Positions 19,389 through 27,872 of a stretch of DNA of 64,000 nucleotides are shown in pieces (the stretch's first letter is position 1; each line of letters opens with the position of its first letter). The notes below the pieces were generated by a model that was given only the letters and a program-made list of their open reading frames with translations, was not told the DNA's origin and did not search any database. The DNA comes from Rhodothermales bacterium (GTDB taxonomy: Bacteria; Bacteroidota; Rhodothermia; Rhodothermales; JBHHWM01), in NCBI GenBank assembly GCA_046756545.1, contig JBHHWM010000002.1, positions 5,776 through 69,775 of the forward strand, read 5' to 3'. Made by a program: the position numbers and the translations under genes.

Positions 19389-22118
19389 ATGACACGACTG
19401 GTACAGTACCTAAAATTGCTATTTCTCCTTTTCATTCTGAGTACACTGGCCTTCCCGATAGGGTCATCGGCACAAACGCCGCAACCCGTGAAGGACCAGG
19501 AGACGCTGGCGGCCAATCGCGTAGCCGACGACGTAACCATCGACAGGGAATCGGCCCGCCGGCGGGTGCAGGCCATGCGCCGGGAACTGGACCTCTCGGT
19601 CGATGGGCGGCTGGACGAGGCGGCCTGGCAACAAGCGCCCGTCATCGACGGTTTCCTGCAGCGCGAACCGGTCGAAGGAGCCGAGCCGACCGAACGCACC
19701 GTCGTGCGTATTCTCTACGACGACGAGGCCATCTACATTGGCGCACGCATGTTCGACACCGCGCCCGATTCGATTATTGCCCGTCTGGGCCGCCGTGATG
19801 CGCAACTGGATTCCGATATGTTCGGGTTTTTCATCGATCCCTATCTGGACCGCCGCACCGGATTCTACTTTGCGATCAACGCCGCCGGAACGCTCATGGA
19901 CGGCGTGCTCATGAACGACGACTGGGACGACGACACGTGGGACGGCGTCTGGCAGGGCAAGGTCAAGGTTGACGACGAGGGCTGGACGGCGGAGATGCGC
20001 ATTCCCTATTCGCAGCTTCGGTTCCACAAGAGCGACAGTTATACCTGGGGGATCAATTTCCGCCGCGACATCTCTCGCAAGAACGAGCAGATCTATCTCG
20101 TCTACACGCCGCGCAAAGAAAGCGGGTTCGTCTCCCGGTTCGTCGATCTGGTGGGCATCGAGCATATTAAGCCGCCGCGTCAACTCGAAGTAACGCCCTA
20201 CATCACCTCGCAGGCGGCGTTTACCGACGCCGCAGAGGGCAATCCGTTTGACGACGGCTCGACCTTTACCCCCGATTTCGGGGCTGATTTCAAAGTTGGG
20301 CTCACCAGCAACCTGACGCTGAACGGAACGGTCAACCCGGACTTCGGGCAGGTCGAGGTGGACCCGGCGGTGGTCAACCTGAGCGACGTCGAGACCTTCT
20401 TTCCCGAAAAACGTCCTTTCTTTATCGAAGGGGCCACCATTTTCAACTTCGGGCGCGGCGGCTCGAACAACAACTGGGGCTTTAACTTCGGCAATCCCAG
20501 CTTTTTCTATAGCCGCCGCATCGGGCGTTCTCCGCAGGGCAGCATGCCGGCTCACGATTATGCCGACCGCCCTGATGGAGCCCGCATCCTCGGCGCGGCC
20601 AAGCTCACCGGCAAGGTAGGCGGTAGCTGGAATGTCGGGACGGTTCAGGCCGTGACGGGTCGGGCCATGGCCGAGCTGGACCGGGGCGGCGACCGGTTCA
20701 AAGCCGAAGTGGAACCGGCCACGTACTACGGCATCGTGCGGGCGCAGCGCGAGTTTGACGAAGGACGCCAGGCCCTCGGCTTTATGTCGACCACAACGGT
20801 GCGGTCCTTCACCGACGACCGGCTGCGCGACGAGATCAACAGCGAAGCCTTTACCTTCGGTGTGGACGGCTGGACCTTCCTTGACCGGGACAAAACGTGG
20901 GTGATTACCGGCTGGCTGGGGGGGACGCACGTGCGCGGTTCCACCGAGCGCATGATTCGTCTGCAACGCAGTTCGCAGCACTACTTCCAGCGTCCCGATT
21001 TCAAAGCGGCCAGTCTCGACAGCAGCGCCACCTCCATGACCGGCGTGTCGGGGCGGGTGATGCTCAACAAGCAGCGCGGCAACTTCACCACGAACGCAGC
21101 CATCGGGTTCATATCGCCGTCGTTCGATGCCAACGACCTGGGCTTCCAGTGGCAGACCAACATCATCAACGCGCACGTGGTGGGAAGCTATCGGTGGACG
21201 GAACCGAAATCGTTCTACCGGCGCATTCACGTCAACGCGGCGCTCTTCCGCAGTATGGATTTTGATGGAAATACGACCTGGACGGGCGTTTTTGCGAACA
21301 CCTTTATGATGTTCAAAAACTACTACAGCTTCTTTATGGGGGGGGCCGTCAACCCGCAGACGACGAACAACCGCCGCACGCGTGGAGGCCCGCTGACGCT
21401 CAACCCGTGGGGCTGGGAGGTCTTTGGCGGAGCCAGTACCGACAGCCGCAAAGCGTGGGTCTTTAGTGTGAATGGGTTCTCGTATCGGACGGAAGCAGGG
21501 AACAGCGCCAATATCGGCATCGGTGTCGAGTGGAAGCCGGCGGCCAATGTCTCGCTTTCGGTCAGTCCGGGCATTAACTGGAACGAATCCACGGCGCAGT
21601 GGGTGGGTGCCTACGATGACCCCACCGCCGAGGCCACCTTCGGGCGGCGCTACGTCTTCGGCCATCTGGATCAGACGACGTTCTCGTCCAACGTCCGCCT
21701 CAACTGGACCTTTACGCCGGAACTCAGCCTGCAATTGTTCGCCCAGCCGCTGATCTCGGCAGGCGACTATACCGACTTCAAGGAGTTGAAGCGTCCCAAG
21801 AGCTACGACTTCATGATTTACGGCGAAGAGGGATCGACGTTTGACGAAGAGACCTTCATGGCCGATCCGGACGGCGACGGCCCGGTGGCACCGCTGGAGT
21901 TGTTCAACCCGGACTTCAACTTCAAGTCGCTGCGTGGCACGGCGGTGCTCCGCTGGGAGTTCCGGCCCGGTTCCACGCTCTTTCTCGTCTGGACGCAGAC
22001 CCGCGACGACTTCGAAGAGATTGGTGACTTCCAGTTCGGGCCGTCGTTTGGACGTCTCCTGGACGCCAAGCCGGACAACATTTTCATGCTGAAGTTTACC
22101 TACTGGTTATCGCGTTGA
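19389..22118 (+). CDS. DUF5916 / CBM9-like domain outer-membrane protein
   Basis: It has the signal peptide MTRLVQYLKLLFLLFILSTLAFPIGSSAQ. The N-terminal region, VDGRLDEAAWQQAPVIDGFLQREPVEGAEPTERTVVRILYDDEAIYIGARMFD, is typical of CBM9-like + DUF5916 proteins. The long C-terminal part is rich in beta-strands and ends FMLKFTYWLSR. Confidence 0.7.
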   Translation: MTRLVQYLKLLFLLFILSTLAFPIGSSAQTPQPVKDQETLAANRVADDVTIDRESARRRVQAMRRELDLSVDGRLDEAAWQQAPVIDGFLQREPVEGAEPTERTVVRILYDDEAIYIGARMFDTAPDSIIARLGRRDAQLDSDMFGFFIDPYLDRRTGFYFAINAAGTLMDGVLMNDDWDDDTWDGVWQGKVKVDDEGWTAEMRIPYSQLRFHKSDSYTWGINFRRDISRKNEQIYLVYTPRKESGFVSRFVDLVGIEHIKPPRQLEVTPYITSQAAFTDAAEGNPFDDGSTFTPDFGADFKVGLTSNLTLNGTVNPDFGQVEVDPAVVNLSDVETFFPEKRPFFIEGATIFNFGRGGSNNNWGFNFGNPSFFYSRRIGRSPQGSMPAHDYADRPDGARILGAAKLTGKVGGSWNVGTVQAVTGRAMAELDRGGDRFKAEVEPATYYGIVRAQREFDEGRQALGFMSTTTVRSFTDDRLRDEINSEAFTFGVDGWTFLDRDKTWVITGWLGGTHVRGSTERMIRLQRSSQHYFQRPDFKAASLDSSATSMTGVSGRVMLNKQRGNFTTNAAIGFISPSFDANDLGFQWQTNIINAHVVGSYRWTEPKSFYRRIHVNAALFRSMDFDGNTTWTGVFANTFMMFKNYYSFFMGGAVNPQTTNNRRTRGGPLTLNPWGWEVFGGASTDSRKAWVFSVNGFSYRTEAGNSANIGIGVEWKPAANVSLSVSPGINWNESTAQWVGAYDDPTAEATFGRRYVFGHLDQTTFSSNVRLNWTFTPELSLQLFAQPLISAGDYTDFKELKRPKSYDFMIYGEEGSTFDEETFMADPDGDGPVAPLELFNPDFNFKSLRGTAVLRWEFRPGSTLFLVWTQTRDDFEEIGDFQFGPSFGRLLDAKPDNIFMLKFTYWLSR

Positions 22119-22190
22119 GACGACAGCGCGTTGCGAGGTTGGGGCGGTCAACGGTCCATCGTGCAACGCCGTCTGGGGGAGGGAGGGTAC

Positions 22191-22226
22191 AGCCTCCATC
22201 GGTTCGCCGGTGGAGGCTGTTTTTTT
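22191..22226 (+). terminator. Rho-independent terminator after the DUF5916 gene
   Basis: AGCCTCCA (22191-22198) and TGGAGGCT (22211-22218) form a perfect 8-bp stem around a 12-nt loop. The stem is followed by GTTTTTTT. Confidence 0.65.
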
Positions 22227-22456
22227 GGAGCCACCGCAGGGAGGATTCGGTGTGTGGACAAATCCTCGGCTCATCGATTCATCTACACCTCCATGCTTAC
22301 CTTTAACCCATGTTGTGCTCCCCTTGGGTTGCAACGACGCATCGGGAAAACGACGAACCGAAGAGAGGTTTCCCGCTGGTTTGCTCGTCGATTCATCGTC
22401 TCGCCGTCTCCTCGTTTCCACGTTGCGACCGAAGGGCACAACGTGAGTTACCTTTA

Positions 22457-22485
22457 TGTAAACGCTCTCGTCGCTCCTGCTGTCT
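22457..22485 (+). promoter_or_regulatory. Candidate autoregulatory ECF-type promoter TGTAAAC-N17-TGTCT
   Basis: I read TGTAAAC at 22457-22463, a 17-nt spacer, then TGTCTAA from 22481. This lies about 25 nt upstream of the sigma-factor ATG at 22511. AAC-N16/17-(C/T)GTCT is the general ECF promoter architecture. Confidence 0.35.
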
Positions 22486-22510
22486 AAGGGGATGAGCAGA
22501 CGAGGAACTG

Positions 22511-23083
22511 ATGCAGCTAACCAAAACCCTGGTGACCGAACCCCTTCAGCGTAGCGAGCCGCGTACGTTCTGCGAACTGGTGGAACAGTATCAACGGCCC
22601 CTCTATGCCCTGGCCTACGATCTCACCGGCAATCATCATGATGCCGAGGATCTGTCTCAGGAAGTCTTCATCAAGGCGTATCGGGGAGTCTCCGGCTTTC
22701 GGGGCGAAGCGCAGTTGTATTCGTGGCTCTATCGGATTGCCGTCAATACGTACCTGAACAAGCGGCGCAAAAAGGCGCTTCGTTTCCGGCAGTTATGGGA
22801 CGACTTCAGCCAGGCACCCCGCGACCACGCTCCGCAGCGCGGCCCCGAGGAACACCTGGAGGCGGATGCCATCCGGCAGCACGTAGATGCGGCCCTGAAA
22901 ACGCTCTCGCCACGCGAGCGCTCGGCGTTTGTGCTGCGTCACTACCAGAACCTTTCGCTGAAGGAAGTTGCTGCGGTCATGGAAGTGGCCGAAGGTACCG
23001 TCAAGAGCCTGCTGTTTCGGGCAATGCAAAAGCTGCGTACCTCGCTCGCTTTTTACCGTGAAGACCTGGGGTTGCCGTCTTGA
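22511..23083 (+). CDS. RNA polymerase ECF-type sigma-70 factor
   Basis: It is 190 aa. Region 2 is DAEDLSQEVFIKAYRGVSGFRGEAQLYSWLYRIAVNTYLN. Region 4 is LSPRERSAFVLRHYQNLSLKEVAAVMEVAEGTVKSLLFRAMQKLR. Confidence 0.92.
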   Translation: MQLTKTLVTEPLQRSEPRTFCELVEQYQRPLYALAYDLTGNHHDAEDLSQEVFIKAYRGVSGFRGEAQLYSWLYRIAVNTYLNKRRKKALRFRQLWDDFSQAPRDHAPQRGPEEHLEADAIRQHVDAALKTLSPRERSAFVLRHYQNLSLKEVAAVMEVAEGTVKSLLFRAMQKLRTSLAFYREDLGLPS

Positions 23084-23178
23084 GGGGCATGCGATGTAGC
23101 CCCGCCCCTTGACGCTGTGAAAAACCGCACACCGCGCAGGACTTGAAACGACATACCGGTCAGCCTGACCGAACGACC

Positions 23179-24030
23179 ATGAAACACTGTCCGACCTACG
23201 AGCCGCTGATGACCGAGATGTTTTTCGGTACGTTGAGCGAGGAAGACCGGGAACGGCTCGATGCCCACCTGGCGTCCTGTTCCGGATGCCAGGCCATGGT
23301 GCACGAGATGGAAGCCACGCTCCAGGTCGCGGATGCCGGCACGCGGCCCGAGCCTCCGGAAGCCTTCTGGGACGGCTACTACGAGCGCCTCGTCGCGCGC
23401 ATGCATGAGGAGACGCATCGCGCGAACCGTGCCCAACGCCTGAATGAATGGCTGCGCGACATGGGACGGCTGAACGTGGCTGCCCTGGGGCTCACACCGC
23501 GCCGGATCTTCCAGCTTTCGGGCGCTGTGGCCTTGATTGCCGTCGGTGTGTTGATCGGATGGCTGGTTTTTGGTTCTTCGTCTTCGCCCGTTCCCGGCGT
23601 GGCCCACGATCCGTCGGTGGAAGAGGTGCCGGTACGGGCCGCGTCGCTGGAGGCACGCACCGACCGGTATCTCGAACGCTCCAAGGTATTACTGCTGGGC
23701 CTGGTCAACATGGAGCCTGAACGGGATGGCGTTGTCCTGAACCTGAGTCGCAAGCAAGAAGTGGCCCGCGAACTGATCGAGGAGTCGAGCACGCTCAAGG
23801 CGGCGTTGAGCGACGAGGATCAGCGGATGCTGCGTTTGCTGATCGAAGACCTGGAGGTGATCCTGCTCCAGATTGCCAACCTGGAGACCCGTTACGACCT
23901 CTCTGCTATCGAACTGGTTCAGCGTGGGGTAGATCGCCGGGCCATCCTGCTCAAGATCAATATCACGGAAATGCGCCGTGCCGATAACCCACTCCAGCCT
24001 GCCGTAGAGTCTACACTACCTGACCGTTAA
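23179..24030 (+). CDS. Anti-sigma factor (zf-HC2 N-terminus, single TM, helical extracytoplasmic domain)
   Basis: MKHCPTYEPL...LDAHLASCSGCQAMVHEM is the H-x3-C-x2-C zinc-binding anti-sigma motif. The TM helix is AVALIAVGVLIGWLVF. The gene lies immediately downstream of the ECF sigma gene. Confidence 0.72.
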   Translation: MKHCPTYEPLMTEMFFGTLSEEDRERLDAHLASCSGCQAMVHEMEATLQVADAGTRPEPPEAFWDGYYERLVARMHEETHRANRAQRLNEWLRDMGRLNVAALGLTPRRIFQLSGAVALIAVGVLIGWLVFGSSSSPVPGVAHDPSVEEVPVRAASLEARTDRYLERSKVLLLGLVNMEPERDGVVLNLSRKQEVARELIEESSTLKAALSDEDQRMLRLLIEDLEVILLQIANLETRYDLSAIELVQRGVDRRAILLKINITEMRRADNPLQPAVESTLPDR

Positions 24031-24056
24031 CCCTTTCAGATAAGGAGAAAGAAACC

Positions 24057-25532
24057 ATGTGTAAGCAACGTACTCGTCCCTTGTTACGGCTCGGAGGCGG
24101 CATAATCCTGGTGATAGGACTGCTCGGGCTGGCGTGGCCCGCAACGGTCAGTGCCCAGAGCGAGGCGGCGCAAGCCTACGAAGCGGCCTACGATCTGGTT
24201 ATCGACGAAGACTGGAGCGCGGCCGCCGACGCCCTCCGCGATTTCGTGCGGCAGTATCCTCGCAGCGACTGGGTCGATGATGCCGAGTTCTGGCAGTGTT
24301 ATGTACTCGAACAGGCCGAACGCTCTCCCGAGCAGGCATTCGATTGCTATCATAGCTTCGTCAAGGAGCAGCCCCGGAGCAAGTGGACGGACGACGCCAA
24401 GTCCAACGTGATCCGCATCGGGCGGGGGTTGGTACGGAGCGGCAAGCGCGAGTACCAGGCCATCGTCGAGTCGATGCAAGAAAACGGCGATGACGAGGTG
24501 AAGCTCGCCGCTCTCGATGCACTGTGGCAGATGGGCGACGAACGCGCCCTGGAAGCCGTGCTGGATCTGTATGCGACGTCGAGCAGCGAGCGATACAAAA
24601 AGAAGATCGTGTTCGTGCTCTCCCAGTTCGACGACGCCCGGGCCGCCGATAAACTCAAGGAAATCGCCCTCGACGACCCGGAGCCGCAGATCCGCAAGGA
24701 GGCTATTTTCTGGCTCAGCCAGCGCGACGGCGCAGAGGTCATCTCGCTCCTGGAAGAAATCGCGAAAGAGGAAGACGATGTGGAGGTGCAGAAGCAAGTG
24801 GTCTTTGCCTATTCGCAACTGGGCCGCGAAGGCGTGCCGCAACTGATCGACATGGCCCGGGGGCATCGAAACGCGGAAGTCCGCAAAGACGCCATCTTCT
24901 GGCTCTCGCAGATGGGTGGGAGTGAAGCCCTGACCTTCTTCGATGAACTGATCGATGCGAGTGACGATGAGGAAGTGCAGAAGCAGCTTGTGTTCGCGTT
25001 TTCGCAGTTGGGGCAGGAGGCCGTGCCGCGCCTGATTCGGATCGCGCGCGCCCACAAGAGCCGCGAGGTGCAGAAAGACGCTATTTTCTGGCTGAGCCAG
25101 CAGGGCGGTGCCGAGGTGCTGGACTTTTTCGACGAACTGATCGATGCGAGTGGCGATGAAGAGGTGCAGAAGCAACTTGTGTTCGCGTTTTCGCAGTTGG
25201 GTAGGGAAGCTGTGCCGCGCCTGATCCGCATTGCGCGCACGCACAGGAGCCGCGAGGTGCAAAAGGATGCGTTGTTCTGGCTGGGTCAGGAAGGCGGTGC
25301 CGAGGTGCTGGACTTTTTCGACGAATTCATCGACATGAGCAGCAGTCTGGAGGTGCAGAAGCAGATCGTCTTTGCCTACTCGCAGTTGGGTCGCGAAGGC
25401 GTGCCGCGCCTGATCGAAGTGGCGAAGTCGCATCGCGATCCGGAGGTCCGCAAAGATGCCATCTTCTGGCTGGGCCAGAGCGACGACGAGCGTGCCCGTG
25501 AGGCCCTGCTGGAGATTGTGCGCGGACAGTAA
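24057..25532 (+). CDS. Exported HEAT (PBS-lyase-type) repeat protein with TPR/BamD-like N-terminal segment
   Basis: The signal peptide is ...LLGLAWPATVSA/QS. The N-terminal segment has a repeated P(R/K)S.W.DDA pattern. It is followed by about 6 tandem units of about 63 aa of the type EVQKQ.VFA.SQLG.E.VP.LI..A..H...EV.KDAIFWL.Q.GG.E.L.FFDE.I. Confidence 0.75.
   Translation: MCKQRTRPLLRLGGGIILVIGLLGLAWPATVSAQSEAAQAYEAAYDLVIDEDWSAAADALRDFVRQYPRSDWVDDAEFWQCYVLEQAERSPEQAFDCYHSFVKEQPRSKWTDDAKSNVIRIGRGLVRSGKREYQAIVESMQENGDDEVKLAALDALWQMGDERALEAVLDLYATSSSERYKKKIVFVLSQFDDARAADKLKEIALDDPEPQIRKEAIFWLSQRDGAEVISLLEEIAKEEDDVEVQKQVVFAYSQLGREGVPQLIDMARGHRNAEVRKDAIFWLSQMGGSEALTFFDELIDASDDEEVQKQLVFAFSQLGQEAVPRLIRIARAHKSREVQKDAIFWLSQQGGAEVLDFFDELIDASGDEEVQKQLVFAFSQLGREAVPRLIRIARTHRSREVQKDALFWLGQEGGAEVLDFFDEFIDMSSSLEVQKQIVFAYSQLGREGVPRLIEVAKSHRDPEVRKDAIFWLGQSDDERAREALLEIVRGQ
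24942..25319 (+). repeat. Two adjacent in-frame 189-bp tandem repeat units (the most similar pair of a longer HEAT-unit array spanning about 24.57-25.51 kb)
   Basis: My hand alignment of 24942-25130 against 25131-25319 found about 26 mismatches in 189 nt and no indels, or about 86% identity. The final 24 nt, GGTGCCGAGGTGCTGGACTTTTTC, are identical. Confidence 0.8.
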
Positions 25533-25626
25533 TAGGATACTGAGGGGAGATCGTGGGGACACCACGTGTCTCAAGATGCCCCCATGATCTCCCGTCCACA
25601 AGTCACCCGAACAACGGTAGGAAACC

Positions 25627-26715
25627 ATGAAATTCATCGTAACTATAGGGCTTCTTTTCACCGTTTTGGTGCTATGTCCGGCAAGGCTTCAGGCCCAGGA
25701 TGTCATCCGGCATCCGGATGCCTCGGAGGTCCTCGGCCAGAAGTGGGCGTGGGCCGAAGAGCAAGCCGGGCAACACGATTTTCAGCGAGGCTACTGGATC
25801 GGATACAGCATCGAACGCTTGATGGGCGAGCAGTCGTACATCGGCTCGTGGTCGAGTCGAAAACGACGCATGACGCTCCACGAACTGCTGTATGGCGAAA
25901 AGGCAGAGTTCGAGCCCGGACGGGGGCGAGCCTACTATCGCGACGGCGAGCCCGACCGCAAAGTGCTCAAGGAGGTGGCGCTTCTGTTTGAGTTCAGGCA
26001 AGGTACGTCGGAGCCGCACAACGTCCGCGTTACGAACCTGGCGGGGCACGTGGACCTGGAGCGCCATCCGTTGATCTGGCTGGGAGCGGCTGAGGATGAC
26101 GAAAGCCTGGACCTGGTGCAGCAGCAGTACGACCGGGCGCGGTCGGAGGATGCTCGAGAAGAGCTGGTCATGGCCGTGGCGATCCACGATGAAACCGAGC
26201 GGGTCGTCGCGATGCTGGAAGACATCCTCACCGGCAACGACGGCACGGATGTGCGCGAGAGCGCGGCCTTCTGGCTCGGCCAGCAGGATGACAGCCGGGC
26301 CCTCGACCTATTGATCCGGACGGCGCGGGATGATCGTTCTGAAGATGTGCGCGAACAGGCCGTGTTCGGTATCAGCCAGATGGATCTGGCGGCGGCTACC
26401 GAAGCCCTCATCGACCTGGCTCGCAACGCGCGTGGCGAGGTGCGCAAGAATGCCATCTTCTGGCTGGGTCAGAAAGCGTCGGAACGAGCCGTCGAGGCTC
26501 TGGGCGAAATGGTCGAAGAAGATGCGGATACGGAGGTGCAGAAACAGGCCGTCTTTGCGCTTTCCCAACAGTCCGATGACCGGGGTGTGCCGATGCTGAT
26601 CGAGATTGCCAAGACGCATCCGAAGGCAGCCGTGCGCAAGCAAGCCATCTTCTGGCTGGGCCAGAGCAACGACCCGCGCGCCCTGGAAGCTATCATCGAG
26701 TTGGCCAGAGGCTGA
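25627..26715 (+). CDS. Exported HEAT (PBS-lyase-type) repeat protein, second paralogue
   Basis: The signal peptide is MKFIVTIGLLFTVLVLCPARLQA/QD. The N-terminal domain of about 170 aa is unassigned. It is followed by repeats VRESAAFWLGQQDDSRALDLL, VREQAVFGISQM, VRKNAIFWLGQKASERAVEAL, VQKQAVFALSQQ and VRKQAIFWLGQSNDPRALEAI. Confidence 0.75.
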   Translation: MKFIVTIGLLFTVLVLCPARLQAQDVIRHPDASEVLGQKWAWAEEQAGQHDFQRGYWIGYSIERLMGEQSYIGSWSSRKRRMTLHELLYGEKAEFEPGRGRAYYRDGEPDRKVLKEVALLFEFRQGTSEPHNVRVTNLAGHVDLERHPLIWLGAAEDDESLDLVQQQYDRARSEDAREELVMAVAIHDETERVVAMLEDILTGNDGTDVRESAAFWLGQQDDSRALDLLIRTARDDRSEDVREQAVFGISQMDLAAATEALIDLARNARGEVRKNAIFWLGQKASERAVEALGEMVEEDADTEVQKQAVFALSQQSDDRGVPMLIEIAKTHPKAAVRKQAIFWLGQSNDPRALEAIIELARG

Positions 26716-26872
26716 GGGGTATAGCATACCCCCGTGAAATCGGCCCCCGTAGGGGCGACCCTTGTAGTCGGCCCCACGGGGGTGGTCTTCGATACAGGCG
26801 GAATCGTTGTACGGGTTGCCTGGTACAAGGAGCGACGCGTGATGATCAGTCTCTCCTATCCAGTACGAGCCC

Positions 26873-27802
26873 ATGAGCAGAACATCGTTTATCCTTGCGA
26901 GCTTTGTTTTTATTGTGAGCCTGGTGCTGGCCGGTTGCGTTGCGCAGACGGCCCCGTCCAGCGAACCCGCCGAGCCTATTACGGATGCGGCCTATCTCAC
27001 CGGCACCCAGTGGAACGACGGCCAGGCCGAGGTAGCCTTTTACCAGGTAGAACGTACCCGCAATCAGTACGGGCAGGAGGCCGACCAACGCTTCCTCGTC
27101 GGCACGTATCTCGTTAAACATGACTTCGACCGCGCGGCGATGTCGAAGGCGACGGAGGAGGCCGAGCAGCCGGAGCCGTCGTTCAAGTATGCCCTCTTCT
27201 ACGAATTTGAAAGCGGCTCGTATCAGTACAAGCGCAACTACGTCGTCAATGCGGCCCAGGCCGACCTGACGCCCCTCAAAGCGTCCTACACCAGCTTCGA
27301 CTGGTGCTCGAACGCCTATCGCGAACTGGCCTTTCACGCCGACGGCACCGTTGCCGCGCTCATGCGGAGCGACGACTACGGCAATCGCGCCGACGCGTTC
27401 GCCTACCGGGCCAACGCCTATCCTGTTCACGAACTGCCGCTGCTCGTTCGGGGTCTCGACTTCTCTAAAGCCACCGAGCATACCTTCGCCGTCGTCCAAG
27501 CCGACGGCCGGTACGTGCGTGCCCGCGCCCTGTTCGAAGGCCCCGATACCATCGAATTGCTTTCCGGCAACGTGGAGGCCGAGCGCATCGTGGTGCGCTA
27601 TGACCAGCCGGTGCGTTCGCTCGTCGGCGAAGAGACGGATGCCTCCGAGACCTACTGGCGCGGCACCGGGCCGGAACGCTTGTTGCTGAAGCTAGAGGGC
27701 GAGACGGGTCGTTACCGCATGACGCTCGTCGAAGCACTGCGGACGCCGTACTGGAGCGAAAACTTCTGGCCCCGTCTCACCCAGGTGACACAGCGGCCTT
27801 GA
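26873..27802 (+). CDS. Hypothetical lipoprotein
   Basis: It has the lipobox LVLAGC and ordinary composition. I recognise no family. It is the last same-strand gene after the sigma/anti-sigma/HEAT genes. Confidence 0.6.
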   Translation: MSRTSFILASFVFIVSLVLAGCVAQTAPSSEPAEPITDAAYLTGTQWNDGQAEVAFYQVERTRNQYGQEADQRFLVGTYLVKHDFDRAAMSKATEEAEQPEPSFKYALFYEFESGSYQYKRNYVVNAAQADLTPLKASYTSFDWCSNAYRELAFHADGTVAALMRSDDYGNRADAFAYRANAYPVHELPLLVRGLDFSKATEHTFAVVQADGRYVRARALFEGPDTIELLSGNVEAERIVVRYDQPVRSLVGEETDASETYWRGTGPERLLLKLEGETGRYRMTLVEALRTPYWSENFWPRLTQVTQRP

Positions 27803-27872
27803 AAAAGCAAGTGCCCGGCACTTTGGAAGCACCAGGCACTTGCGCACAGCGGTTTTGTGCAGAGGTACGCGG

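Noticed and set aside
19464-21734. 756-aa minus-strand ORF opposite the DUF5916 gene
   Set aside because: Its Arg/Gly/Ala/His/Val-rich, low-complexity composition is typical of antisense shadow ORFs in high-GC DNA. The plus-strand frame has a signal peptide and recognisable CBM9/DUF5916 motifs.
24570-25510. Regular repeat periodicity that could be mistaken for a CRISPR-like or satellite array
   Set aside because: The period is 189 bp and in frame. There is no repeat/spacer alternation. The whole region translates into HEAT-repeat units within one long ORF.
24084-25661. 525-aa minus-strand ORF across the first HEAT-repeat gene (also 24350-24742, 24809-25240 and 25935-26456)
   Set aside because: These are antisense to a clearly periodic HEAT-repeat coding frame. 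Their own periodicity merely mirrors the sense-strand repeats.
27808-27842. Possible bidirectional terminator between convergent genes (CAAGTGCC ... GGCACTTG)
   Set aside because: The 8-bp arms are separated by a 19-nt loop. The alternative inner hairpin has only a 5-bp stem, and there is no U-tract on either strand. This is too weak to annotate.
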